Shown here: in pieces, positions 1 to 14,900 of the stretch
How the letters are laid out: every line of letters starts with the position of its first letter
Numbering within the stretch: the first letter of the stretch is position 1
Assembly: GCA_964057225.1 (NCBI GenBank)
Contig: OZ059894.1
Coordinates: 14,198,001 to 14,262,000 of the forward strand
DNA length: 64,000 nucleotides
Source: Auanema rhodensis
Lineage: Eukaryota > Animalia > Nematoda
Direction: 5' to 3'
Translations under genes and position numbers: made by a program
The notes under the pieces: generated by a model
Told to the model about the DNA's origin: nothing
What the model saw: only the letters and a program-made list of their open reading frames with translations
Database searches by the model: none

Positions 1-2084
1 TACACAGGAAAACGGAGGCAACTGCAAATAGATACATTACTTTTTTTTCATTATTAAGGACTCGCCTAGATAACAATGTCAAAATACTAAGAATGTCGTT
101 GAGATATGAATAGAACTCATTCATTTCTACTAAACTTTCTTTATCGAACGTTTCCCAAAAAGTCAGAAGAACCTGGAAAAAATTTATTATATTACTTCAT
201 TATTATTCAGATTTCACGTGCGTAATATAAGTAATCTTGCAATAATTATAGCATAAACTATGCCATATTTGGTGCAGAAGGTTCAATTAAGAGATGTCTT
301 GTCTCAAAATGACCACTTAGTCTGATTGCTAAGACTTGCCATAACCTCTTATTCTTCTTTTGTGTCTATGTTTTCATGTCTTATTTTCGTTCTCAACCCT
401 CTTCTCATTTCTCACTAGTGCTCTTTCTCTATCAGCTCATTACTCATCTGAGACTGATTTTATGCTTAAATTATGCTGTTAAGTGAAAGAGACAGCTGTG
501 TATGGTGTTCATTCTATCCATTGTATATGGATTAATCATTCATCTTAATGCACGTTTATGAACCACTCACCTGGGGAAATTGTGACATTAAATACATAGA
601 GACGATGCTGATTAAGGCTCTTGTAGCATCCTAAAATAAATGCATCGTATAAGAAATATCATATTTTCTACTGACTCTCAAACTTCTGCGATTAGTAGCA
701 ACCATTACTCCATTCTTTTCATGAACACTGGTTTTGCCGTCATTTCTTTTATAATCTTTTTTCAAAGTCTAACAATGAAAATTATAAATCAATAGAATTT
801 TCGCTAAAATTACCATAAATATAATGTAATTCATTGCAACTAAAATGAAAAATGGGAGAATACGATCAATTACATTTCGTGTAATGAACATCCACCAAAA
901 ATGATATTCAGGAATTAGAGCCAATGGCCCAGCAATAATCTCATACTTGCTTAAAAAGACAAAATTACATTGCTGACTAAAAAAATTACTTTTACCTAAA
1001 TTCACTTTCGCATTCCGGTTTATAATGCACAGCTATTTCCCAGTAAACACATGTTTTGTATGGAATTGTAATAAGAATGCAAATCAGACTAACGGTCGGA
1101 CGATGATGCTCAAGAAATCTGAATATTTCTTGTATTACTTTTTCAAATTCGAATTCTTTATTACTTTCTTAATCGAAGAACCTTGTCTCCATCAAATGTC
1201 CTAAGAAGTCGTTCAGTTGTAGCTAAAAGAATAAGAAGCATAGATGAGAATATAGCCCAGTTGGATTCAGCTAGAACTATGCGGAAATAGGATAGAAATA
1301 AATGATAAGCTGGTACATATTGATAATAATCCATGTATACCTAAAATATAAAAAATAATTAAATTAATATTTCGTTCGATTAAAATATTTTGAAATCGAT
1401 TATACAATTTCATTTTGTTTCTCTCTCATTTCTCATGCTTTATGAGGATTTTCAGAGCTTCATTTTGTTTGTTTTTAGTCTTCGAGTATTATTCAAAATA
1501 ATTCTTCATGCTAAATTTACATGAATAATCGGTCAGTGCATAGTCTGTGGTTTCCAAATTTTAAGGAAACATGTGAGAGGAGAGATTATGTATAAAACTA
1601 ATAGGTTGATCGTTATCATTGGATTTAAAAATCGATTTGTTTTCATAATTAATCTAGATTTTAGTTCAATATGAAGTGATTATTTACCGGAAGTGACATA
1701 ACAGCCAAATAGTTAAAAGCCATAATGGTGTCGAGTACGGCAAGGATACCGAAGTAGAAAACAGATGATCGTCTGCAAAAAACTCAACGTAATTGAAATA
1801 TCTTTGAGCTTGCTTATTGAATGGACTATAGCCCAAAAACGAAATAGAGACTACCTGATAGTTTTTTTTGTCAAAAAGACAATAGTGAAAAATGTATTGA
1901 AAATTATTGATAACATAGCAATCATTGTTGCGAAAACTCCTATCAGATAAATTTTTCCTTCAATGAATTCTGTTCCCTGTAGAGATTTTACAAAATTAAA
2001 CCAATGAAAAAAAAACTTTTCTCTAACCAAGTATTCACAATGAGTTGCGTTGTCGTCATCATAATAGATTAGATCTTCATCCAT
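1..2084 (-). CDS. Class A (rhodopsin-like) GPCR of the nematode FMRFamide-receptor-like/peptide receptor group; multi-exon, 3' end runs off the window
   Basis: Spliced translation: MDEDLIYY...IYLIGVFATMIAMLSIIFNTFFTIVFL (TM1) / RSSVFYFGILAVLDTIMAFNYLAVMSLP (TM2) / ...SSMLLILLATTERLL (TM3, ERL for DRY) / ...YWEIAVHYKPECE / ...DRILPFFILVAMN (TM5) / DATRALISIVSMYLMSQFPQ (TM6) / ...YSYLNDILSILTLLSSCLRFPVY (TM7). Exons are joined by GT-AG introns and one GC-AG intron. Confidence 0.9.
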
Positions 2085-2592
2085 TATTTCTAAAGTAGTA
2101 AATTACTGAAATAGATTGAAAAAAATATTTATAAGCGACACGAGAATTAAAGTACGGAAGAAAAATTAAAAAAAATTGACAATTGAATTATATGGAATGT
2201 TTGATATATCAAACATCAACTTTTTCAAAATGATATACATACAGATATACAAGAAAATGACATAATGATTTCAAACCAAAAATCAAATGTTGTGTTTTCA
2301 AAATTTAAATTTGATTTTAAAAAACCCAATGTTATTTGTGAACCTACCCTTATGATATTTTAAATTTTATTAATTGCTCGCTGCACATAGTAGTATAGCT
2401 GTTTTTTTGTTCAAAAACGATGAACTACTGATGAATTTAACCATTTAAATATATAATATTCAATTATCATATTATAAATTATGAATAAGGAACATATCTA
2501 TACTGCTGAAGATTTGCAGATGATGCTTAATTGAGAAGATTTAGCAATGCGAACGATAAAAAAAGATATTGATGATGATGAAAAGAGGAAAT

Positions 2593-2946
2593 ATGAATAT
2601 TATTGAGGAAATCGAGAGATCTATTAAAGTTTCCTTCAAGCAATTCCAACATAAACAATATGATGAAGATGATGAGTATACTAAGCAGTAGAAGTTTGAA
2701 AAATTGATTAAATTCACGTATACTTCTTCAATACATAGAGAGGAGAGGATTTCTATTCATGGAATCGACAGATTAGAAAAAGATTTTAGCTGACTAGAGT
2801 TGACGAAATTTATCGATGACATCTGGAACTGACACATAAAGCATCTGAAGGTATATGTTAGCAAACTGCTGACTGCAACATTGATGAATATGATGAGCAT
2901 GATAGGCTATGAAGCTGTCGAGAGAGTACGGCAAGATGAACGGTGA
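2593..2946 (+). pseudogene. Possible decayed intronless coding fragment of unknown origin
   Basis: One frame runs 118 codons (MNIIEEIERSIKVSFKQFQHKQYDEDDEY...EAVERVRQDER) with three internal stops (TAG, TGA, TGA), each one transition from CAG/CGA/TGG. Charged, protein-like composition; no family recognised. Confidence 0.25.
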
Positions 2947-5900
2947 TCAGTGATGCTAAGTCACACTAATAATACCAGTATTTAAATCAATTTTTATAGG
3001 TTCGAAACACAAGTAGTAACTAAGATAACAATGTTTCTGCAAAAGTTGGTCAGAATTAGAGTTATTTACATGCAAAAAACTTTTGTTGCTTGTTATAAGT
3101 TTCAGGCAAAAAACTCAAAGTAGAAAAAATACAGAAAATTCATATACAGCCTGATTCAAGAAACGTTGAATAAGTGATCAGTAATTTTTGGACCAAGAAT
3201 CTCCCTCCTCCTCTTTACTCAAGATGCACATTTACCTCCTTCTCATGATTAGGACTTCAGGCTATTTCCTCTTTTTTTGAACAAGTTTTTTTTTGTCCTA
3301 AGTAGATTAGTAGTCATAAGGAAAGTTCAAATAGGCGATAATTAATTTGAAAATAATGTAATAGAGAGATAAGAATAGAAGTGAAGAAAATAAAATCTTC
3401 GACTTGAAAATCTTTTTTTTTTGACACCTCTCTTCAAAGGTTCAAGGAAACCGATCTATTGGAGGTTTGAAAAGAAGAGAAAAGAAGAAGAGTGGATATT
3501 GAAGTTTGACATGTACAACAACTAATTTGAAGACTGATTATGAAGTTCCGCTTATAAAAATATGGTCGAGATTTTTATAGAATTGGTTTAATTGCAAGAA
3601 AACGAGGAAACTAAATACTTGGTTTCTGTGAAAGAAATAAACTGAAATCAAATGAAAATGAATGTATTAGTCATTGAGATATTCAATAGTTAACATCGTA
3701 ATAGTAATGGCGGCTGTAGAGAATCAATTTCAATTTTTAGATGATGTGGTCATTCAATAATTTAGTTAGTAGAATAACATAATAAAAAAACTAACTATGC
3801 AATATGAGTGAAAAATGGAAATCAATTATCTTTCTATCTCAGTTGAAAAAAATGAGTGGAAAGATGAGAGAAAGTGAGAGGAAGTTAGATTGTTAACTGA
3901 AAACAAAAGGAAGAATTTTAGTACTTCTCCTTTTTCTCTTCCTTTTTTTCTTTATTTGAATGCATTTTTCAAACAATTTTTTTATTCAGCCTTGATTGGA
4001 TATTCGATGAAAAGTATCACCATTTGTTAGGTTCAAGACATGAAAAAGAGTCTTTTCTTTTTCAAGTTTATTGCCTTACAGCTAAAAGTTGGCTAGCATA
4101 CATGGATATGATTAGTCGGCAAGGTTAATGTGTTACAACAAATTGTTTATTTATTATAAGAAAAGGAATAAATAAAATTTCCAACAAAAATTAATTAAAA
4201 GAAAACCTCCATAAATGTAATTTTATAAGGATTTTCAGGCTATTAAATATTTGTAAATATACAAATATTTCATTTACATTTGCATAATTTCACGTACGGA
4301 AGTGAAATTTGAATTCTCATAGAGCAAGCTCACCTTTATTTCTACAAATGTGTTAAACGGTTGTTCTTCGTTTTAAGTTCAAATCTTCAAATATGTTGAG
4401 GACCCTCTTACTAAGAAATACTTAACAGCTAGACTGCTTCTTCAAATGACCTTTCTCCTCTGAGTAGAAATAGACGATAAGTTCTTTTACTACATAGACA
4501 TCCATTTTTAATATTACATAGCGAACTTTTCAAATCTAGAAACTTAACAAAAATTGATGTGGGAATTATTTTTACCTTTTCCTTTATGAATTCAATTTTT
4601 GCCTTTCAATTAGATTTTCAGGGATTGTGAGATCAAAATATCTATCGAAAACGTAAGATCAAACCAAGATTTTGATTTCTTTCTAGTAATTGAAAACAAT
4701 GCTAATCACTGCATATCAATCAAATGATTTGTAGAATAAATATAAATTGTTCTAGTTGTTACATGAAGATATGTACATAAGTTTGTGTGAACATCAGCTA
4801 TATCATGAACAACATGAAGATATTTCATGACTATAATCTCGAACAGGACAATGATTGATTTTGTTGCTCACAGACATTTGTGAATTAAAGAATGTTTTAG
4901 AATGTTACTATCAAAATTATATATCAGCAAATTTTTCAAAATTTCGAATCTTAAGCTTTAAACTCAGGAGAAAAGACAACAAAAAAAACTATTAAAAATT
5001 CAGATAAAGAATAAATTAAGATAATAAGCATGAAAACGGAAAGACGAGGAACAACATGAGTAAACAGGTAACGATTGCGGATTGACATCTTGCCGATGGT
5101 CCAACAAATGTCTCGAAAAGTATAGGCAAGAAGTTACAAATTCTTATAGTAATAGAATAAATAAATCATTGATTTCTAGGATTAATAACTGAACATGTGA
5201 ATATATTTAATCTAGCATAGAAACAATAAAACATAAATAATGAATAACCTTTATTTTCTAAAATAAATGTAATTTGATTTTAATATTAAGACAATAGATT
5301 CTTTTGAAATATAAAAAGATTTTATAATTATATGCTTTGAATAACAGAATTCTTCTTTTTTCTATAATATAGAGAGACAAAAATATTGTAATAATGATTA
5401 AAGATGTCATGAAGAAAGTGTAGGCAGAGTAATAGAAAAACGAAAAATAAACTGAAGTGAGTGTGAATATATTGAAGTTGTGTATGAGGTTTGTATACAA
5501 CTTTAGAGCATTTATTCAAATACATCAAAGTTTCTTTTATCATTGGATAGTACAGACGAAATACGAAAAGAGCAGCAAAATGTTAGAATCTTTTGAATAA
5601 TATAACGTTGTTGCTCTTTAATTGCTTCTAATCGCCATATTTTTTGGAAGCAATACACGTCTGTAACTCTTTGTTCTCTTATTTCTTTTTCTCCCTTTCC
5701 CTTTGCTCTTTTTTCTTGCTACGTTAAAGACTGATGCACGTAAATATGTTTAAGATTACACTTGTAAAAAATAATTTTTTTTCCAAAAAAGGTCACCAAT
5801 ACGTTGTATGTATTCAATTCAAAAATGAAAAACGACTAATTTGGACCATTTTAATTCATTTCTTTATCTTTTCCAATTCCAAAATCAGAAACATGTTTTC

Positions 5901-8900
5901 GTTTTTTAGGCAAGCATTATCTTGATCAGCTGCTTAATAGGTAACAACATAAAATGCTTTAGAAACAATTTAAATTTTTACATTAAATAGCAAATATTCT
6001 AAGAATTATAAAGAGAAGTTCAAGGATCTCAAAAAATGTCATTTAATTTGATTTTTTCTTCCAATTTTAAGACAGATTTATGTTTTCATCAGAGCAGTAA
6101 TTTTGCAATTTTGTTTTGATAAAATTATTTATAAAATATTAAGTAAGATAGTAATATATAAAGAAAAGTAAAAAAATTAAAGTTTTTTCATATGAAATAA
6201 TAAAAATATTTTACATAACAATAAAATAGAAGAGCAGATCGAGTAGACAATAGTTAAAAGAACGGATGAGATCTCAGGAGGCGTGTACACGGATGAGCTT
6301 GAAATAAAGCTTTTTATTAGATTTGAATAAAAGATTTCTTTTTTTAGTTTATTGAGTAAATAAATATATCGAAATAGGTATATTTCATCAATAAATAATG
6401 AGAAATGCTCTGACAGTTGAAGTTAAAAACAGAACATTTACCATTTAGTTCCTTGTTTTCTATCTCGAAATCTTCATAATTATCAAATTCTGAATCCAGG
6501 CATTTATCATCACAATTTTCCTGCTTTTCACAAGCACATTATCGTTCATCGTTCATGTTTAAAAATCATGGAAGTGTTTGAAAGTACATAAGTCAGTAGG
6601 GAATAATTTATCAGAACTACGAAGAACATTGTGGACCAAGGGTCACGTTTGTTCTAACAAAAAGTAAAATAGAAAGTTATATCGGATTCTTACAGATATG
6701 ATAACTTTTTGAAAAATTGATTTATAGATATTCTAGATAAGAATGATAGGCATTGCAATTTTATGCTGTTAAAAATCAAAAAACCTTGTGCACTCTATGG
6801 AAGAAAATATGGCTTAAGTCCCAGAAGGGCAAACGGAATGATCTAAAAGGATAAGAATTCTACAAAATCGTAGGCTCTCGGACGATGATTCGGATGTTAG
6901 AAATATACGTTAAGAGCATTCAAAACATCAGAATTATGTGTTCTGAATGTTTTCTGATGAATGGCATCAATCATATTTTAATGATGTTGTCGTCGATGCT
7001 GCTCGTAGACCAACATGTTGAATGAACTCTCTAAATGTTCTTTAGTTATCGGATGTCTCATCGTATATCAAGTACAAATTTACTGATTTTTTCCATATTA
7101 TAATACTATATTGAGATGAATTCAGGAAGTTTGAACTCTATTTCAAGAATAAAGAACTAAAATAGAATATTTTAGGAAATTGACCGGACAATTCTATGGA
7201 AATAGAATTTCCTCCTGCTTGTCATAAATTTTGTTTGACATATTCGAATTTTAGCACAAATAAAATCAGAATTTTAAAGGTTCGGGAAATATTCATTTCA
7301 TAAGATGATGTTTGTTTCATAAAAATAACCTTTAGAGAGGATTTAATTTAAATTCAATAAAAAAACTAAAATAAGTTCACATGAAGTGTAAGAAAGTAAC
7401 AATAAAAATAAGATGAAAGTTGAAACTTTAGTGAAAATGAAGATATGAATAACAGTGGCTTTCTGTTCTATGTAAGTAGATACAGTACCTAACAAACATA
7501 TATATATATTCAAATATAAGTTATTATGACGAGAAGAATAAGAAGATTTTCCAGTAATTATGTGTTGTTGGATTTGAGATTTTCGGAAGGGGAGGTCGAA
7601 AAAATAATTATGTGAAGTAAAAGTTTAATTTGTAAAAAACTATATTTACACTTTGTGTTTTCGAGCCATTGAAACGAAAACTGTTGGAAAGTCATTACTA
7701 AGTATCCATAGCGTGAGAAATCAAGCGGAAAATCTGAAGAAGAGATGAAAGAAAAAAACCAAAAAAAGAATGAAGCAGGATAATTTGATTTTTCCTTTCT
7801 CATCTTGCACCCACGAAAACGTTGTGATGAAGAATCTTTGTTCATTATATTTAGTTATAGGATGAATGATCAGAAAAAGGAAAAGATCTATTCGTTTGGT
7901 CAAAAATAGAACTTTCGTTGATGCTTGAAAGAAAAAAAATATTTACAAAAGTATTTGAATTAATGAATAAAGTAAGATCCGTAATAGGTTCACCATACCT
8001 AGGTGGTTCTTCACTTATTTTTGGAGCAAAAATTTGTGACATGTTTATGCTACAACTACAATTGCAAAGAAAAAAAACATTTTCTAAAAGTAAAATAAAG
8101 AGCTACCTACAAAATAAGAAATACTACCAGAAAGAATAGCATATATTCAATAAAAAAAGGTAAAACGAAGTAAAAAACGAAAAAGAGAATCGTAGAAAGG
8201 ACAAGCAGCTCGAAAATATAAAAATAATAGTTTATGTATATAACCTTACAAAGATGCTGAAAATTCCAATGTAATTAATGAAATATTGTTTGAAATATTA
8301 TTCGAAATAAGGTTTTTGAATCCGATTTCATCATATTATTATCGAAAAATGGTTAATCATTCTTTTCATTAAACTTTCTTATAGTTAGAGAAATGAATAG
8401 ATGTTGAAACTTACATATATGAATACTACTCATAATGTAATCTGCATACTGATATTGTCTTGTTTATTGAAAACCTTATTGTAATTTTGTTTTGTTTTTT
8501 GTCTAACAGAGATGTTTAAAACTACAAAACAGCTGTTTTTTTTACCTCTTGAACCTTAACGGCCACCTGGGTGTTCTTGTTATATCATAGCATGTGCTTG
8601 AAATTTTATCTCAAAGGCACATGCTATGTTGAAAGAAAGAGAATCGAACAGGTAAAGTTTGTGAACAAAACTGCTATTATTCTAAGAAATTACAGGTATA
8701 TTGATGAATGTTATAGTTTCTATATATCTTGTATGATATCATAGTTTATATAAAAGTTACATCTTATAAATAAACAAATGATTATGATATGACATGTATT
8801 AACTAAATAATTTATGAACTGATTGAGCAAAGTAGAAACATCTTCATTCATTCTATTCTGGATAAACTACTGAAAAACAAAGTGTTTCTTGATTTTCTCA

Positions 8901-11900
8901 ATCAAATACTTTTGAAAAGTGTATTTAAGAATAGTAAGACTAACAAAAGAGGAAATGGCTTTCAAAGATCAAACTCGAATAAGACGATTAAAGGGTAAGT
9001 AATGCAACTGTCTTTTCAAGCTTTAATGGATAATGGTGATGTCTTGAAATATACGAAAACTAATAGTGACGTGATTATACGTGTAAGATTACACGCCAAA
9101 TCCACGTTTTTTTTGAAAAATAAGTTAACAAGATAATGATATCATAATTGAATACTGACTAACAAAATGTGAATAAACCACATTTTTGAGATAAACATTT
9201 AGATTTTGAGTTGATGAATAGATGTTTTATAGAATGAAGAATTTTAATATAAATTTATACTAATATATATATATATATTTACATAAATATAGAGCAAATA
9301 TATATATATATATATGTGTATATGTATATTACATATATATTTGTATATTTATCAAAAAATATATTTTAAAAATTAAAAATATTTAAATAAAATAATAATA
9401 ATAGATAGATTGTTCTTTGTTTCTTTGTCTTATGTTTCTCTCTATCTCTCATTCTCTCTTTCTCAAATATGCTCTCTTTCTTCAAGTCTTTAAACAAATA
9501 AGGAATAAGATCAAGAGAAGTCCAGTTCGAGGACATATCTATAATCAAAATCTTAAAACTATGATATTGAGATGCTTATGCTGATAAACATTTTTATATC
9601 TGAAATTCTGTCAGTTGTCAGGAAGTATTTGGAAGAAAGCAGAACATCTGACAAGTTTTGACCAGAAGAATTGCTCATATCTACCATGTTGAAATGATGT
9701 GATACAAGCTCAAAATATCTGTTTGCAGAGATATTTTAGAAAAAAACAAAGAAAATTGATATTTTCAAGTTAAAAAAAGCAATTTATTACTCCTATGATT
9801 AAAGCCTATAATTGCTTTTTATGTCAAATCTGAAAAATATTTAACCAAAATTTTTTTCTTAAAAAATTTTTGGTACAACTTCTCTTCTTTTCTAATGTAG
9901 TGGGAGCTTTAAACTTCTGACTCAATGAAGAGCTTCAGAGGCATGAACATGAAATTTTGATGAAGAACACAAGCTAATGTCAAGTAATGAAAGGCTGACA
10001 GAAGAAATGAGGGAACCTTAGAATCTAAGCCTCTGAATGCCCCCTGAGGAGCTGAAAGAGGTTCATCTTTCGTCAAACAAATGAAGTATTCTGGAATATA
10101 TATATAAATATTTTTTTTATATTTCTAAGAATAACAGGACAGGCCAACCCAACTTTTGACAGTTTACGGTCTATCAAGGGACTAATTCGTCATCAGACAA
10201 CTGCTGGAGATCATTTAAGACCACGTTTTTTCTGTTAATTTGTATATAAAGAAAGAGCAGATCAATGAAAGATTCAAAATATAAGAAGAAAACGACTGAC
10301 TGAAGCAGACAAGATATAAGCTATGATCAAGTTATATTGAAAAGAGAGGTTTGAAAGAAAAATAAAAATAATTAAAAGGTTGTGTGATTAAATAACATAA
10401 AATTAATATCATGCTTCCATGTAAAAGGACAAAAACGGAACAAAATAATGTAAAAACCAAGCTGTTAATGAACAATTCTGAGAATGTCGTAAAATCATTT
10501 ATGCAACTCAATATTGATACTTCAAAAAATGCCCTTAAGGTATTGAGAAATGTTTGTAAAGAGGGTGGAGTTCATATGTGGCTCGTGTGATGAATGAATA
10601 ACTAAGTGAAAATTGCAAAACCTCCAACAAACTTTAAGCAAAAAATAGAGTTTGAATAGGCTTTCGTGAGTGCCAGATAATAATTATAATTTTGAGATCA
10701 GAGTTGGTCAGTAAAACTACTACATCAGTCCTTGTTTGCAATATTGGCAATGCAAAAAAAAGTTTTAAAAGTTGCAAAAAATGTTGTTTCCTTTCATTTA
10801 ATGTGAAAAAAAGAATTGAGAAGTGGAAGGCAAACAAACAGTTAAGAGTCAAAGCTCACCAAGAGAGGTTAACGAATCCAACTCAATTTTTTCCTGACAT
10901 CAAGATGAGTTTTAAATAAATTTAAGAGTAAAGTGGGTGTGTAGAGTAGCTTTGCTTCAAACCTTAAGAAGGATTTGAATAATTCTTTTAATTTTTTGTG
11001 AGAAAATGTAGTCATCTAGAATAGTTAAATAATTGTATCTATTTATATAGTTATCTATATACTTATATAGTATAATATAATTTTCTTATATGAATACAGG
11101 TTGACAGTGAAGTTATTAATCTAAAACAAGTGAACGAGTTATTATCTCATTAAATTTTATATGATTATATGTATATAATATATATAGATTACGGTATACA
11201 GATATATGAATAATCAGAAAAGATTATTTAATTTAAAATAATTTGAACTTTATCAATTAAATAGAATATTGCATTATAACTTGCAACTAAAAAAGAAATT
11301 AGCTTGAAATTTTGAAGGACATTTGAACTTCAAAAACATTTCCGACAGTTTTATGTTGGACATTTCGCTTAAATTAAAAATATTATTTACATCCTGTGAA
11401 TAGATCTATTTCCATAAGATATAAGATACTTTAAGGAAGAAAAAAAAAAGAAAAATTAACAATGAAATAGATATACTATATATATATCTTGAAATATGAA
11501 TATAATATTTAAGGTTAATGTTAGTTATAACGTTTGTTTGGATAATTTGATCCATGTTTAGTTATTTTGTCTGAATCTTTTTCGAAGGTCTACTTGGAAG
11601 TGGAACGGAAATGGAAAAAAACAAGCCAAAGATCAATTGTGATTTTAAAGATCAAATTTATATATTTGAAAATCTATTTTTCATTATTTTAATGACGTCA
11701 GTCAAATGTACTAGAGAGTTATAAATAATTTATGCATATTAAATTTAAAGAATAAGTTTGGGATAAATAAAATCTTATTGATCAAGCTTTAGTTGGTTTA
11801 AACTTTTGGGAAATAACGTTACAATCTTAGTGATGGTTCGATGTTTCTTAATGAAAATAGAGATTCATGAAAATTCGAAAGGCAAAGCTTTAATTCTTGA

Positions 11901-14900
11901 TGTGAAGATTATAATAAATACAAAATTTACTTCTAAAAGTATATTGAAAATAGAAAATAAAGAATAATGAAATGAAAGATATTCTGAGGATTCACTCACA
12001 TCTGAGATGAGGGGGTGGATGATGAGTAGACGGGGAGGTGATGAAGACGGAATAGTCAAGAAAATGAATTGACTAAACCATCATTGGAAAATTGAACTTC
12101 AAACATCTAATATCATCAGGAATTAACATATAACCGTCTGACACATTATCTAATAGAGAAAAATTGGGAAATAGAAGAGAAAAAAAGAATTTCTATAGTA
12201 TTTCTTTGTAGCAAAATGTTTGAATATTAACATTACAAGTTGTAGTTCCTGTTGTAAACAAAATAAAAAAAACCGTTTATGATATACGAACAAAGATCGA
12301 ATTACTTTTTTTTTTCAAAAATCTATCCTGATGATAAAAAAAAAAGAAATGAAGTTGGAAAAAAACATAAAAAAGAAAACTTTGAAATTAGTTGTTGCAC
12401 TGAAAACATAGTAAAAAGAATAAATTCATTGTCTTTGATATAATTATATAATAAATATAATATAAAGAATAAAAGGTATTGATTAAAAGCAATATTAGAA
12501 GAATCTATAAAACATTTAGTTTCTTGTCTAATCTGACTCATAACATATGATTGTAGTTGTTTTATTCAGATGTTTACTTCGGAACATTTACTTTCTTTTA
12601 TGATTTGTTCATTCTAGAAAAAACTTTTTTTTTTTGAATGAATTCAGATGTATTAAGTAAGTGAATTTGTTAACTTTCTATATAACTTCAATAATTTCTT
12701 TGAAAAAGAAAATAAATAGAAAGTTATAATAATTATATATAAATAAATAAATAAATATATAGTTAAATGTGAAATTAATGATAATTTTGAGTTTTTACTT
12801 AGTTTTCTGATAATAAAACCTTATACTATAGAACAAGATAATCAAACTTTCTTAAATTGCTATCAATTTTTAGATCAAATTTCAAAAAAACATATGCTGT
12901 TATATATATATATATATACCTGTAAATACATAATACGTATAAACTATGCTTATGAGATGCTAAAAAAAAGAAAAAAAACTTGAGAAAAGTCGTAATATTC
13001 AGAAGAGAGAAAGAGAGAAGTTATGGTTTCTGAAATTTATCATCAATCTAGTGCTTGAATTAATGAAAATTCGGATAGTAGTAACCGAAATATTTCATTC
13101 CGTATAACATATGATTTTAAAATATTTTTCTTTTAGATTTTATAAGTTTTTTTAGTTTTTAAGTATCATTCTTTTTTAAAATTGAATAATAATAATAAAT
13201 TTGACAAAAAGATGCTAAATGTCCAATGCTATGATGACCTAAGGCAATATGATGAGAAAATAGAAAGTAAAATAACTTTCAAATTTAGGAACAATTGGAA
13301 ATACATAGTTTAGGATTTAAAAGCATAACAGCTGTCACATTACTTTTGGGGAAATATTCTTTCACATGTCAAATAATGCTTCAAAAATAATTTGAAAGTT
13401 CAATAAGAAGAGAATTACTAATTATTTAAAATTTATTTGCTAATAAAATATCGAAATGAAGGATGTTTTTTAAAAAATTATCAACTTGAAATATAAAAAA
13501 ATGATGAAAAGAATATGGAATTATATGTATATAAATATTATAAACAAAATAGGAAAATAACTAAGTTTTTTGATTGTCAGGCAAGGAGACAACGACCAAC
13601 ATTCTTTAAAACTTATTCAACTTGATCACATAGAATATGAGGAAACGTGGAATTGAAATGAACAATGCTGGATGTTTTTGGGATATGAAGGAAGAGATAT
13701 TCCCGTCAAATAAGGAAATTTCAAACAAACACTGAGACAGCCTTTTTTTTTTTTTAAACCGACAAGCCTCTTAAATTTTTTTGAGGACATAAGGATCATG
13801 GATTGTAAGATGCGACCAAGAGAAGAGAAAAAGGAGGAAGTGAAAAGGGGTGAAGAGAGAGAGAGATGAAGAAAGAAAAGGAGAGGTAAAATGAAGGAAG
13901 GGAAAAAAAGATATTAGATAATCCATTATTTTATTTTATTTGGTGTTTCAACTCGATTTTGGGCATATCTGAGAAGTGGAGAACAACAGCAAGGACAAAA
14001 CCAATCATTCTGGAATTTGTTGAACTAAAAGTGAATAAAACTTATTAAAGACATACATTGAATATATTTTTTGAAAAGAATATTCAACAATTTCATTCCA
14101 ATGGTTATCGTCATCATGAAATGGGATTTACAATTTCGATGGCTTAGAAGTGCTTGTTCAAATTTTCATCACAAAACATATAAATGAAGAAGAAGCTATA
14201 CCCAACAAGCTCAACTGTAACATTTTTTTTGTTTTTTGCTCCGTTAAAGAAGACAAAAATCTGATTATTATACTTCTATTCAAATATGAATCAAATATGT
14301 AAGAAGAGGACGTCAAGTCTCAATGTTCAACCTATAATATATTGTATATGATGTTCGAGAGACCATTGTAACATCTATATATGAATAGTATGTGAATGCT
14401 TTCTGTTTCGGTCCTTTTCTTCTTTACTATCAACCCTTCATCTCAAGCTTACTATAGCTAATGATGTCAAATTTCTGCTCAAATGCTCATAGAAAATATA
14501 TAAACAATAGCCAACACGGAATTTTAACATTAGTTTGTTTTGCAAATAATCAAAACTACACATGAAGATTACCACTTTATATAACTGAGATTTTGGTGTT
14601 TTGTTTTTTTGTTGATAAAGAATCTAGATAATGTGATAATATCAAATGAAAATTTTTTAAATAACATGATCATTGTATTGATGAAAGAAATGAAAGAAAA
14701 TCTGAAAAAGAAGAAAAAGAAAAATAACAAAAACAAAGAAAATAAATTAGAATAAAGAAGAAACAACAAGTACAAACACAACCGTTCTCAAGTATTTTCA
14801 TAAAAGAAATATAAGATATAGATTAAGGTAGAACGTGTGTTAACGCAAGTTTTCACGTAAAAGTACAAAGATGATCATCTTAGCCAATATATGAAAGTTT

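Noticed and set aside
5083-5136. miR-72/73-like GGCAAGA hairpin
   Set aside because: Only about 11 bp of stem with a 30-nt loop.
10025-10032. CTAAGCCT as a telomerase RNA template for TTAGGC repeats
   Set aside because: An 8-mer permutation is expected a few times by chance in 128 kb of both strands (another lies near 20183); it is not in a recognisable intron and I saw no H/ACA domain.
10411-10919. Possible two-exon gene (MLPCKRTK...)
   Set aside because: Exon phases do not join cleanly and there is no recognisable domain.
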